A stretch of 64,000 bases of DNA from an uncultured Methanomicrobiales archaeon (GCA_963697895.1 OY969100.1:864001-928000), one strand, 5' to 3'. Positions 49,253 to 58,820 are shown, counted from the first letter of the stretch. Numbers and translations are program-made. The notes: generated by a model not told the origin, from the sequence alone.

Positions 49253-50395
49253 ATGACTGCCGGGAAAGATGACATACGAGGATCAGGACACGAATCGATT
49301 AATTCCGGGACTATTTCGTCGGAGAGAGCGAACATACCCCGTATGGTCTCCTGGAACGTGACTTCCCGCTGCCACCTCCGGTGCCCGCACTGCTACATCG
49401 CTGCCCGGAGTGATTGGCCATCCGATGAGCTCTCCGGAATTGAAGGGAGGAATCTCCTATACGAACTCGCCGGGGCGGGAACATCAGTAGTCATCCTCTC
49501 CGGCGGAGAGCCGCTCCTCCGGAAAGATATCTACAGCCTGATCGGATGGGGCACGGAACTGGGTCTCCATATGGCGATGGGCACATCCGGAACCCTGATC
49601 ACACAGGACGTCGCCGGACAACTGAAGGATGCGGGGATCGTCCGTATTGCGGTCAGCCTTGATTCCCACGAACCGAAAGCCCATGACCGGTTCCGGGGTC
49701 GGCCCGGCGCCTGGAAGCAGGCAGTGCAGGGCATTACGGCCGCACGAAAAGCGGGTATTCCCGTGCAGCTCAACATCTCCGTGACCCGGGAGAACTACAC
49801 GCATATCGACGACCTGATCTCTTTTGGCGAATCGCTCGGCATAGAAGATTTCCAGGTCTTCTTTGTGGTGCCGGTCGGGCGGGGAAAGATGGTGAAAGAT
49901 GTAAGTCCCCATCAATACGAGCACCTGATAAGAGAGATTCTGGAACGGGTTGCGGTTTCGGATCTTCGCATCCGACCGACCTGCGCCCCGCAGTTCATGC
50001 GCATTGCCCGACAGATGGGGATACGTGACCGGGGATGGGTGCGTGGGTGCATCGCGGGGATAAGCTACTGCAGGGTCGGCCCGGACGGAGAGGTCACCCC
50101 CTGCCCGTACCTTCCGGTCTCCGCCGGTAATGTTCGGAAAAATACTTTTAAGGAGATATGGTACCATTCACCGCTGTTGAACGATCTCCGGGATCCATCC
50201 CTGATCGAAGGGAAATGCGGAATCTGCGAGTACCTGGCAATCTGCGGCGGCTGCCGGGCACGGGCATACGGAATCAGTGCCCCGACTGCGGATCATTGTG
50301 GAAGCAGGGCTGTCGCAGGAGGAATGGACATTGCGAATGTCTTTGGTGAAGACCCATGGTGCCCGTACGAGCCGGAGGGAGAGATCGGTACATGA
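49253..50395 (+). CDS. ahbD: Radical SAM/SPASM protein, AhbD-like heme synthase
   Basis: WNVT.RCHLRCPHCY, SGGEPLLR, RPTCAPQFMR, RGC.AG, PCPYL, KCG.CEY...CGGCRARA, DP.C; in an operon with ahbAB. Confidence 0.75.
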   Translation: MTAGKDDIRGSGHESINSGTISSERANIPRMVSWNVTSRCHLRCPHCYIAARSDWPSDELSGIEGRNLLYELAGAGTSVVILSGGEPLLRKDIYSLIGWGTELGLHMAMGTSGTLITQDVAGQLKDAGIVRIAVSLDSHEPKAHDRFRGRPGAWKQAVQGITAARKAGIPVQLNISVTRENYTHIDDLISFGESLGIEDFQVFFVVPVGRGKMVKDVSPHQYEHLIREILERVAVSDLRIRPTCAPQFMRIARQMGIRDRGWVRGCIAGISYCRVGPDGEVTPCPYLPVSAGNVRKNTFKEIWYHSPLLNDLRDPSLIEGKCGICEYLAICGGCRARAYGISAPTADHCGSRAVAGGMDIANVFGEDPWCPYEPEGEIGT

Positions 50396-50892
50396 CCGAG
50401 CAGGCACAGATAGACGATATGGACCGGCCACTGCTTCAGCTCCTGCAGGATGATTTCCCGGTCACGGCATACCCATGGGATGAGATAGGAGAACGGTTGC
50501 ATATTCCCGCAGAAGAAGTGCTCGAACGAATTACCCGGCTCTCCCGGGATCATGCCCTCCGGAGCATCGGGCCCGTGATCGAGGCGAGTGCGATCGGGCT
50601 AACCGCATCCACTCTGATGGGGATAGAGGTTCCGGAAGAGCGGTTCTCCGAAGTCGCCCGGATCATAAATGCCTATGACGCTGTCTCCCATAACTACCGG
50701 AGAAATCACCGCATAAATCTCTGGTTCACCATTACCTGCCGGGATCGGGAAGAATTGAACCGGGTGCGGGAGGAGATCCTTGCACAATGCGATCTGAACG
50801 GAAGAGAGGTGCTGGATCTCCCGGTGAAGAAACGCTTCAAGATCGATGTCAGGTTTGCTCTCGTGAAGAAAGGAGACGCGGAAAATGGATGA
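50392..50892 (+). CDS. ahbA: Siroheme decarboxylase alpha subunit (Lrp/AsnC-like)
   Basis: D..LL..LQ.DFP....P...IG, IGP, VSHNY.R.H..NLWFT, LP..K.FKI.V.F. Confidence 0.88.
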   Translation: MTEQAQIDDMDRPLLQLLQDDFPVTAYPWDEIGERLHIPAEEVLERITRLSRDHALRSIGPVIEASAIGLTASTLMGIEVPEERFSEVARIINAYDAVSHNYRRNHRINLWFTITCRDREELNRVREEILAQCDLNGREVLDLPVKKRFKIDVRFALVKKGDAENG

Positions 50893-51373
50893 TACGGACC
50901 GGAGGGTCCTCATGGCAGTACAGGACGGCCTCCCCCTGGTAAAAGACCCGTTTGGTGCGGTCGGTTCTGTGTTGGATCTCGACCGGGACGAGGTGATCCG
51001 GAGGATACAGGCCCTCATCGGGAACGGTGTCGTGCGTCGTTTCGGCGCCCGCATCAACCACCGCCGGCTGGGTATCGTGGTCAATGCGATGGTCGGATGG
51101 AACGTGCCGGAAGACCGGGTAGAACGCATCGGGATGCAGATGGCCGGGTCCCCCGCGGTCACCCATTGTTACGAGCGGGAGGTCCGCCGGGGAGACTGGA
51201 ACTACAATCTGTTTACGGTTCACCACGGGTATAGCCGGGAGGAGGTCGAAGACCAGATCGCTTCCCTCGCAAGAGAGACGGGGATCGACGAGCACGTCGT
51301 TCTCTATAGTGTGGAAGAATGCAAACGATCTACCGCCGGCCGGTTGTATCCCAGCGGGAAGAGGAGACTATGA
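50885..51373 (+). CDS. ahbB: Siroheme decarboxylase beta subunit
   Basis: Q.GLPL...PF, G.VRRFGA..NH..LG...NAMV.W, VTHCYER....W.YNLFT.H. Confidence 0.9.
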   Translation: MDDTDRRVLMAVQDGLPLVKDPFGAVGSVLDLDRDEVIRRIQALIGNGVVRRFGARINHRRLGIVVNAMVGWNVPEDRVERIGMQMAGSPAVTHCYEREVRRGDWNYNLFTVHHGYSREEVEDQIASLARETGIDEHVVLYSVEECKRSTAGRLYPSGKRRL

Positions 51374-51495
51374 TCGGATCCGTTTCTGCCGGTCCATATC
51401 GGGGATGGGTGGGGATTCCGATAATCCCGGTTTTGACTTCACTGCCAGGCCTTGACCTGAGCTTTCCTGGAATTGCGGAGGACCTAGCCGCATGA
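51370..51495 (+). CDS. 41-aa small ORF bridging ahbB and ahbC
   Basis: GAGGAG RBS; the start overlaps the ahbB stop (ATGA) and the stop overlaps the ahbC start (ATGA); MIGSVSAGPYRGWVGIPIIPVLTSLPGLDLSFPGIAEDLAA*. Confidence 0.5.
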   Translation: MIGSVSAGPYRGWVGIPIIPVLTSLPGLDLSFPGIAEDLAA

Positions 51496-52667
51496 TACGG
51501 ATAAGCAGGTATATTCATGGTGACGAGGGGGTTTCTCCCGCGATCCGAAGTCACACCCTTCCGGTAGCGGATGCGATAACCACGGCTCCTCCAGTGATCT
51601 TCTGGAACATCACCCACCGCTGCAATCTCTTTTGCACCCATTGCTATGAAGATGCAGGACCGGATCGTTCCATCCGGGGTGAGCTCTCTACCCGTGAATC
51701 CTTCGCCCTCATCGATGACCTCGCGGAGATGCGGGTTCCGGTGATCCTCCTTACCGGGGGAGAACCCCTGTTGAGACCGGATTTTTGGGAAATCGCCGGG
51801 CATGCCACGGAACAGGGGCTGAATACTGCCCTCAGCACCAACGGGACCCTTATTGGGGAAGAGACCGTCGGGCGGCTGATCGAATCAGGTATCAGCTACG
51901 CCGGGATCTCGCTTGACAGCGCTTCTCCCGCAATTCATGACCGGATCCGCGGAATCCCGGGAAGCCATGCCCGTTCCGTGCAGGCACTCCGGCATTGTGT
52001 CGGGCGGGGACTGACCTCCGGGGTCCGGGTCACGGTAACCCGGGAAAATTACCGGGAACTCGACGAATTAATCACCCTCGCCCGGGAACTGAAGGTGCCC
52101 CGGTTCTGCGTATACTGGCTCGTGCCGAGCGGAAGGGGACGGGCCATCCATAGTAAGAGCCAGCTCTCACCCGCACAGGTCTCCAGGGCGCTGGATCTCC
52201 TCTATCGCCGGGCGAAGGAGATCGATCCCGCCGAGATGGAGTTCCTGACCGTCGATGCCCCCCAGGATTCAGCCTATTTCCTCGCAAGGATGCAAGACGA
52301 TAACGAACCCGGGTATGAACGGGCCCGTGCCCGGATCGAAGCCGCCGGGAAGGGTTGCAGTGCCGGTGTGCGGGTGGCCTGTATCGACCCTGGAGGGAAT
52401 GTATACCCCTGCCAGTTCGCCCGATATCCTGAATTCCTCATAGGAAGCATCCTGAAACGCCGGTTCTCCGAGATATGGCCTGACAACGGGAACTCCGTCC
52501 TTGCTGCCTTCCGGGAGGACGGGAGCGGGATACCTGAGGGATGCAATGGATGCCGGACGGTACAGTTCTGCGGGGGAGGATGCCGGATGCGCATATTTGC
52601 GGAATCCGGATCTCTCAAAGGAAAAGATCCCCTGCAATGTCTGCCCGGCGGACAGGATCCCCTTTGA
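51492..52667 (+). CDS. ahbC: Radical SAM/SPASM protein, AhbC-like 12,18-didecarboxysiroheme deacetylase
   Basis: MI.IS N-terminus, PVIFWN.T.RCNL.C.HCY, LSTNGTLI, YAGISLD, RFCVY.LVPSGRG, EFLTVD..D, YPCQF, CxxCxxxxxCGGGCR. Confidence 0.8.
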   Translation: MIRISRYIHGDEGVSPAIRSHTLPVADAITTAPPVIFWNITHRCNLFCTHCYEDAGPDRSIRGELSTRESFALIDDLAEMRVPVILLTGGEPLLRPDFWEIAGHATEQGLNTALSTNGTLIGEETVGRLIESGISYAGISLDSASPAIHDRIRGIPGSHARSVQALRHCVGRGLTSGVRVTVTRENYRELDELITLARELKVPRFCVYWLVPSGRGRAIHSKSQLSPAQVSRALDLLYRRAKEIDPAEMEFLTVDAPQDSAYFLARMQDDNEPGYERARARIEAAGKGCSAGVRVACIDPGGNVYPCQFARYPEFLIGSILKRRFSEIWPDNGNSVLAAFREDGSGIPEGCNGCRTVQFCGGGCRMRIFAESGSLKGKDPLQCLPGGQDPL

Positions 52668-52875
52668 TCACTCCGATGACCCGATCGCTATTCATCCGGT
52701 CATTAGGAATCTCCTTCCCTGATGCCCCGTCCTTTTCGCCTGCGGATCTCTCTTATGATCTTTTTCGTATCGTCCAAACAACCGATAACGATAATCCGGA
52801 GATAAACCTTCCTGTAACAGGTCTGTGTTGTACAATGATCTCTCAAGAGTGTAAATACAGAAAAAAAGAGATTAT

Positions 52876-54924
52876 TCAGACGTACAACGCTGCGAGCACC
52901 AGGGTCAGGGTGGCAAGAAGCTTGATGAGCACATGCAGGGACGGGCCTGCCGTATCCTTGAACGGGTCACCGACGGTATCCCCGACGACCGCCGCCTTGT
53001 GCGCCTCGCTCCCTTTCCCGCCGAGCGCCCCGTGTTCGATGTATTTCTTTGCGTTATCCCAGGCACCTCCGCTATTGTTGAGGACGAGGGCCATCAGGAC
53101 ACCCGCGATCGTGGCGACCATCAGGAATGCTGCCATCGCCTCGTATTTCAGGACGAACCCGACAAAGATCGGGAACGCAACAGCGAGCACCCCCGGGGCC
53201 ACCATGTTTCTCAGGGCGCCCTTCGTCGTGATATCGACGCAGCTCGCATAGTCGGGTTTCACGGTACCCTCGAGGATCCCCTTGTTCCGGAACTGGCGGC
53301 GCACATCCTGGATGATGTACTGGGCGGTCTTTCCGACCGCACGGATGGCTAATGAGGCAAAAAGGAAGACGAGCATTGCGCCGAGGAATGCACCGATGAA
53401 TACCGGTACGCTTGCCAGGTTCACGACGGTGAACGGGATCCCCCTGATCCGCGAGACCGTCACCAGGAATGCCGAGAAGAGCAGGAATGCCGAGAGGGCT
53501 GCGCTTCCGACCGCATATCCCTTGGTGAGCGCCTTGGTGGTGTTTCCCGCTGCGTCCAATGCGGATATCTTCTTCTGGACCTCTTCCGGCTGTCCGCTCA
53601 TCTCCACGATCCCCCCGGCATTATCGACGATCGGGCCGAAGGTGTCCATCGCGAGAATATACGCAACGCTTGCCAGCATTCCCATCGTTGCGACTGCGGT
53701 GCCGTAGAGACCCCCGTTTTCAATACCTGTCAGCGTCCCGAGGTAGTACGAGAGACCGAGTGCCACGCTGATCGCGATCGCCGGAAGTGCCGTGGTCTCC
53801 AGGCCGACCGAGAAGCCGGAGATGACATTGGTCGCGGGGCCGGTCTTCGATGCTTCGGCGATCTCCGTGACCGGCCGGTACCGGTGATCGGTATAATAGA
53901 GGGTGAGGAGGAGAAATACCAGTGAGAGGCCGATACCTACCAGTCCGGCATAGAAGAACAGGATGTTTTTGAGGAGCCATGTCACCGAGATGTATAGGAA
54001 TATCGCCACCAGAATCGCGGTGACATAGAAGCCCCGGTACATCGGTTTCATCGGGTCCTGGGTATCCGCGCTTTTTTCTGTTACGGTGAAGATCCCGATT
54101 ATCGTCGCGATCAGCCCGAGTGCCCCGATCAGGAGCGGGAAGATGACACCGGCCGCACCAAAGACGGCGAAGAGGGCCGGTGCGAACCCGATCACCATCG
54201 CCCCGATATTTTCCGCGCTGGTGGACTCGAAGAGGTCGGCACCACGACCGGCACAATCCCCGACATTGTCACCGACCAGGTCGGCGATAACCGCCGGGTT
54301 CCGGGGGTCATCCTCCGGGATACCGGCCTCGACCTTCCCGACCAGGTCAGCACCGACATCGGCTGCCTTCGTGTAGATCCCGCCCCCGAGCTGGGCAAAG
54401 AGCGCGATGAAAGAGGCCCCGAACCCGAATCCCAGGATGAGTTCTGGATTTTCCCCGAATGCGAGGTATATGGTCGTGATCCCGAGGATGGAGAGGGCAA
54501 CGATCGTCAGGCCGGATACTGCCCCGCCCCGCAGGGCGTAGATCAGTGCCCGGGCGGGGCTGGTTGTTGCCGCAACCGCTGCCCGGAGATTTGCCCGAAC
54601 CGCGATCGACATGCCGATAATGCCGGCGAGTGCGGAGAGGAACGCCCCGAAGATGAATGCGACGGCAGTATGCCATGCAATCTCGAACTGCCCGCTGATT
54701 ACGTACACTACGAAGAGAACGATAGCCAGAATTACAGCAAGGATTGCGATGGTCGTATACTGTCGTTTCAGGAATGCTTCCGCCCCTTCCCGGATCGCGT
54801 TGGCGATCTCCTGCATCTTCGCGCTGCCCGTATCTGCCGAAATTACCTGCCGGGCAAAGTACCCGGCCACGGCGAGCGCGACCAGTGAGGCCACCACGAT
54901 CACGATAAATTCATTTTGAACCAC
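52876..54924 (-). CDS. hppA: Membrane pyrophosphatase, K+-independent H+-translocating type
   Basis: GGGIYTKAADVGADLVGKVEAGIPEDDPRNPAVIADLVGDNVGD, DTFGPIVDNAGG, GNTTKA (Lys), GGAWDNAKK, GDTVGDPFKDT; probable GTG start 54924 with AGGTGA RBS. Confidence 0.95.
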   Translation of the reverse strand: MVQNEFIVIVVASLVALAVAGYFARQVISADTGSAKMQEIANAIREGAEAFLKRQYTTIAILAVILAIVLFVVYVISGQFEIAWHTAVAFIFGAFLSALAGIIGMSIAVRANLRAAVAATTSPARALIYALRGGAVSGLTIVALSILGITTIYLAFGENPELILGFGFGASFIALFAQLGGGIYTKAADVGADLVGKVEAGIPEDDPRNPAVIADLVGDNVGDCAGRGADLFESTSAENIGAMVIGFAPALFAVFGAAGVIFPLLIGALGLIATIIGIFTVTEKSADTQDPMKPMYRGFYVTAILVAIFLYISVTWLLKNILFFYAGLVGIGLSLVFLLLTLYYTDHRYRPVTEIAEASKTGPATNVISGFSVGLETTALPAIAISVALGLSYYLGTLTGIENGGLYGTAVATMGMLASVAYILAMDTFGPIVDNAGGIVEMSGQPEEVQKKISALDAAGNTTKALTKGYAVGSAALSAFLLFSAFLVTVSRIRGIPFTVVNLASVPVFIGAFLGAMLVFLFASLAIRAVGKTAQYIIQDVRRQFRNKGILEGTVKPDYASCVDITTKGALRNMVAPGVLAVAFPIFVGFVLKYEAMAAFLMVATIAGVLMALVLNNSGGAWDNAKKYIEHGALGGKGSEAHKAAVVGDTVGDPFKDTAGPSLHVLIKLLATLTLVLAALYV

Positions 54925-55402
54925 ACCTATCACCTGATTCCCGTCGCCCCGGAATATACCGGAGGACAATCTGAAAATGTTGCACATTAGTGTCCGTTCC
55001 CATTTTTAAAAAGATGCTGATTTCAATCGTCGTCGGAATGTTTTCGTCCCTTCCGTTATTCCCGGTTTTTCGAAAACCGCCGGGTTCCCATTCAGTCTCG
55101 GGGTTGGCTTGCACCTGGCTTCTGGAATCCCGCTCACCCTGGATACCCGCATTCCCGCGGGAAACGCTAATGGATCTTCGGGTGCGTGTGCCGATATCAC
55201 TTCAAAGGTCTCTTTCGACGGCACCCTCACGACCGGAATTGACGAAAAGACGGTTAACGAAGTTACCGTGATCGAATTCCGGTCCAAAAACGGGGACATC
55301 CCGGAAGATCGATCCTGATGATCCGGCCGACAAGCTCGGTCTGTCCCCCTAAGGTCCGGGAATCCCTATCAGCTTTGGGAGAGATACCCGTACATTCAGG
55401 AA

Positions 55403-56104
55403 GTGCATGCGATGAAATACGAGATCAAGTATAAACCGTCCTATGCCCTGCTCGTGGTCACCCTGGAACCCGCCGAGTCCATCACCGCCGAGGCAGGGTC
55501 AATGACCTATATGCAGCCGGCGATCGAGGTACATACCCGGAAGCGCGAGAAGAGTTTCTGGGGTACGCTCGGGCTGTCCCTTATGGGACAGAGCTTCTTT
55601 GTGAACGATTTCACCGCGGCAGGCGGCACCGGGGAAGCCGGGTTCTCCGCCGCACCGCTCGGCGACATCGAAACACTCGCAGTTGCCCCCGGCAGGGGGT
55701 TCATCATCCAGAAGTCTGCCTATATCGCATCCCAGCAGGGGATCGATCTCGACGTGAAGTGGGAGGGATTCACCAAGGGACTCTTCGGCCAGGGCCTCTT
55801 CATGATCAAGGCGACGGGGAACGGGCTTCTCTTCATCAACACCTTCGGCGCGATCGACAAACATACCCTCGCCCCGGGGGAGCGGATGATCGTAGATAAC
55901 TTCCACCTGGTCGCGTTCTCCGACAGCTGCACGTACAAGGTCACCAAGTTTGGCGGCCTGAAAGAGACGATCCTCGGCGGGGAAGGGTTCGTCACCGAGA
56001 TCACCGGGCCAGGGGAGATATATATCCAGACAAAGAACATCCGCGAATTTGCCGACTGGATCTGGACGATCATCGAGCCCCGGGTGGAGGCAAAGGCGCG
56101 TTAA
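55403..56104 (+). CDS. TIGR00266 / AIM24 family protein
   Basis: L.V.L...E...AEAGSM..M, FFVN.F, G.GLF..K..G.G, VDN.HLVAF, GGEG......GPG....QT. Confidence 0.9.
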   Translation: MHAMKYEIKYKPSYALLVVTLEPAESITAEAGSMTYMQPAIEVHTRKREKSFWGTLGLSLMGQSFFVNDFTAAGGTGEAGFSAAPLGDIETLAVAPGRGFIIQKSAYIASQQGIDLDVKWEGFTKGLFGQGLFMIKATGNGLLFINTFGAIDKHTLAPGERMIVDNFHLVAFSDSCTYKVTKFGGLKETILGGEGFVTEITGPGEIYIQTKNIREFADWIWTIIEPRVEAKAR

Positions 56105-56270
56105 GCGGAAAATCTGCACCATTTTCTGTAAATGCCTTGACTTCCTTACTAGAAAAGGGTTCTTTGTCAAACGGGGAAAAAGGGATGATAAGAAAAGCAT
56201 CCTCACGATCAATCATCCGATGACCGGGGAGAGATTGAAGTGGTAAGCGGTATCAGGTCTGAATGATACG

Positions 56271-57431
56271 GTGACGGACAGGATACCTTCCCCCGCAAGT
56301 CTTTCCGGCTTTCTCGACGCATACCCGGAACGGCTCGCCGCGCTTCAGGAGGAGAAGGCGGCAGGGAAAAAGATCATCGGGACATTCTGCCTCTTTGTAC
56401 CGGACGAGATCATCTTCGCTGCAGGGGCCGACCGCGTGATCCTCTGTGGGGGTGGCGAAGAGACGATTCCGGTCGGGGAGGAATACCTGCCGCGGAGCGT
56501 ATGCCCGCTGGTAAAATCATCTTTCGGGGCCGTTATGGATAGTTGCTGCAACGGGCAACTCTCCTGCCCCCACCTCGGGCTGGTCGATCTCGTGGTCGCG
56601 GAGGCGACCTGCGACAGCAAGAAGAAGATGTACGAGATCCTTTCCCGCTTTGTCAGGACCTACGTGATCGATCTCCCGCAAAAACCGGATACCCGGGAAG
56701 CCATGGATTATTTCACCGGAGAGCTCCACAACTTCGGGCGTTTTCTCGAAGGAATGACCGGGAACACCATCACGGATTCGGCCCTCGAACGGGAGATCAG
56801 GTCGGCGAACAAAACCCGGAGACTGCTCATGAGGCTGTACGATCTCCGGAGAAAGGACCCGCCTCCCATCCGGGGAATGGATGTTATCCGGGTGATGCAG
56901 AAGCAGTTCCTCCTTTCACCCGGGCTCTTCAGGCGTCAGCTCGAACGGCTCTGCGACGAACTGGAACAGGTCGCCCCGGAACGGGTCGGTACGAGCCCGC
57001 GGATCCTCCTCTCCGGCTGCCCGATGGCGTCAGGGAATACCAAAGTCCCTGAGATCGTGGAAGAGCGGGGAGGAGTGATCGTGGTAGAGGAGAGCTGCAC
57101 GGGCACCCGGTCTTTCTGGGAGCCAGTCGATGAAGAAATGGAACCATGGGCCGCCATTGCAGAGCGCTATATCCATATCCCCTGCTCCTGCATGACCCCG
57201 AACGAGCGCCGGGTGGACCACATCCTCGAACTGGCAGAGCGGTTCCGGATCGATGGCGTGGTCTACTATACCCTCCAGAACTGCCACGGGTACAACATCG
57301 AGAAATACCAGGTACACCAGGCCCTGAAAAAGAAAAAAATTCCCCTGCTCGCGATAGAGACCGATTACGGGGATTCTGACCGGGAACAGATCGGGACCCG
57401 GGTAGATGCGTTCCTGGAGATGATCACCTGA
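56271..57431 (+). CDS. Double-cubane-cluster / 2-hydroxyacyl-CoA dehydratase-family protein
   Basis: GTFC.FVP.E...AAG....LC.G, LPR..CPLVKSS.G, CP, TCD.KKKMYE, SGCP, EESCTG, C.C..PN, C..Y, ETDY...D..Q..TR..AF.EM. Confidence 0.88.
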   Translation: MTDRIPSPASLSGFLDAYPERLAALQEEKAAGKKIIGTFCLFVPDEIIFAAGADRVILCGGGEETIPVGEEYLPRSVCPLVKSSFGAVMDSCCNGQLSCPHLGLVDLVVAEATCDSKKKMYEILSRFVRTYVIDLPQKPDTREAMDYFTGELHNFGRFLEGMTGNTITDSALEREIRSANKTRRLLMRLYDLRRKDPPPIRGMDVIRVMQKQFLLSPGLFRRQLERLCDELEQVAPERVGTSPRILLSGCPMASGNTKVPEIVEERGGVIVVEESCTGTRSFWEPVDEEMEPWAAIAERYIHIPCSCMTPNERRVDHILELAERFRIDGVVYYTLQNCHGYNIEKYQVHQALKKKKIPLLAIETDYGDSDREQIGTRVDAFLEMIT

Positions 57432-58195
57432 TCACGGGGGGGATCGATTCCGGGGCTGCGACGACGAAGGTCGTGATCCTGAACGGTTCTGAGATCGCCG
57501 GGTACCTCATACGGCCCACCGGGTTTGACTTTCTCGCGGCTTCCCGGGATACCTACCATGAAGTCCTGTCTGCAAGCCGGCTCCGGAAGGAAGACGTTTG
57601 CGGGGTCTTTGCGACGGGGTACGGACGAAACATGATCCGCTTTGCGGACCATGCGGTGAGCGAGATCACGGCGCATGCAAAAGGAGTCTCTTTCCTCTTC
57701 CCGGAAGTGAGGGGGATCATCGATATCGGCGGCCAGGACAGCAAGATCATCGCGCTCGAAGACGGCAACGTGGCGGATTTCCTGATGAACGATAAATGCG
57801 CTGCCGGGACCGGGAAGTTTCTCGAATACACCGCAAAGGCACTTGAAGTCCCGGTGAGCGAACTCGGGGACCTTTCTCTCGCATCGGATACCCCTGCCCG
57901 CATCAGCAGCATGTGCACGGTCTTTGCCGAATCCGAGGTGATATCGCTCCGGGCGCGGGGTGTTTCGCGGGAGGATATCGCTGCCGGCCTCATCGACGGT
58001 ATCGCACGGCGGATCGTGGTGATGGCAAAACAGGTGGGATTGAAAGACCGGGTCGCGTTTGTCGGTGGGGTGGCGAAGAACCGGGGAATGGTGGCAGCTC
58101 TGGAGAAGGAACTGAAGATCTCTCTCTTTATCCCGGCTGAACCCCAGATCACCGGCGCACTGGGTGCGGCGATCCTCGCCCGATCCCATTGCTGA
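57428..58195 (+). CDS. ASKHA-type [4Fe-4S] ATP-dependent activator/reductase (HgdC/BadFG/DCCP-R-like)
   Basis: In-frame N-terminus LITGGIDSGAATTKVV from CTG 57428; TGYGR, EITAHA.G, DIGGQDSK, MNDKCAAGTG.FLE, ISSMCTVFAESE, GGVA.N, GALGAA. Confidence 0.92.
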   Translation: MITGGIDSGAATTKVVILNGSEIAGYLIRPTGFDFLAASRDTYHEVLSASRLRKEDVCGVFATGYGRNMIRFADHAVSEITAHAKGVSFLFPEVRGIIDIGGQDSKIIALEDGNVADFLMNDKCAAGTGKFLEYTAKALEVPVSELGDLSLASDTPARISSMCTVFAESEVISLRARGVSREDIAAGLIDGIARRIVVMAKQVGLKDRVAFVGGVAKNRGMVAALEKELKISLFIPAEPQITGALGAAILARSHC

Positions 58196-58397
58196 TGGAT
58201 CAAGGGTATCTTTATCCGTTTCAACCCGTTGACGGGGGAGAGATCGTGGATTGAATTAAATCCTTCTCCAACGGGAGAAAGGAGTATATAGAAGAATCGT
58301 GACAATCGGACCAGGCGGATGGTCAGCAGCCCCTATCCGGTGCTCCATACCTTTATCCATCCATCGCGAACAGAGACTGGTAGTGGAGCAATCCCGC

Positions 58398-58820
58398 ATG
58401 CATGACAATCTGTTCCCGGTTTATGGGCCGATCCTGATCGTTGTTCTCGTTCTGACCCTCATCATGGGCGGGTGCACAACCGCCCCGCAGACACCGGTTC
58501 CGTCGGTAACTCCCTCGCCGGTTACAACGACCATCCAGCCACCGGATGCGGGGGAAGTGACAATCATCATCGAAAATTATTCCTTCAATCCTCCGGAGAT
58601 TACAATTCCCCGGGGCACGATGGTCACCTGGGTGAACCAGGATCCGTTCGATCACCAGATCACCAACGATGCAACCACTTCGTATGAACTCGGGGCGATA
58701 TTCAGGAGCGATCCGCTATCGGAGGGGGAAAGTTATGCATTCACATTCAATACGTCCGGCACGTATCCGTACTATTGCGCTATTCATCCGTTTATGAAGG
58801 CAACGATTACGGTAACCTGA
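58398..58820 (+). CDS. Cupredoxin (plastocyanin/halocyanin-like) lipoprotein
   Basis: Lipobox GGC, F.P..I....G..V.W.N.D...H, type-1 Cu ligands YYCAIHPFM. Confidence 0.9.
   Translation: MHDNLFPVYGPILIVVLVLTLIMGGCTTAPQTPVPSVTPSPVTTTIQPPDAGEVTIIIENYSFNPPEITIPRGTMVTWVNQDPFDHQITNDATTSYELGAIFRSDPLSEGESYAFTFNTSGTYPYYCAIHPFMKATITVT

Noticed and set aside
49253-52667. Two SPASM radical SAM genes plus the Lys-rich peptide as a RiPP cluster
   Set aside because: The intervening ahbA/ahbB genes and family motifs explain the enzymes as heme biosynthesis; no peptidase, transporter or RRE; the Lys-rich gene has its own terminator-like element
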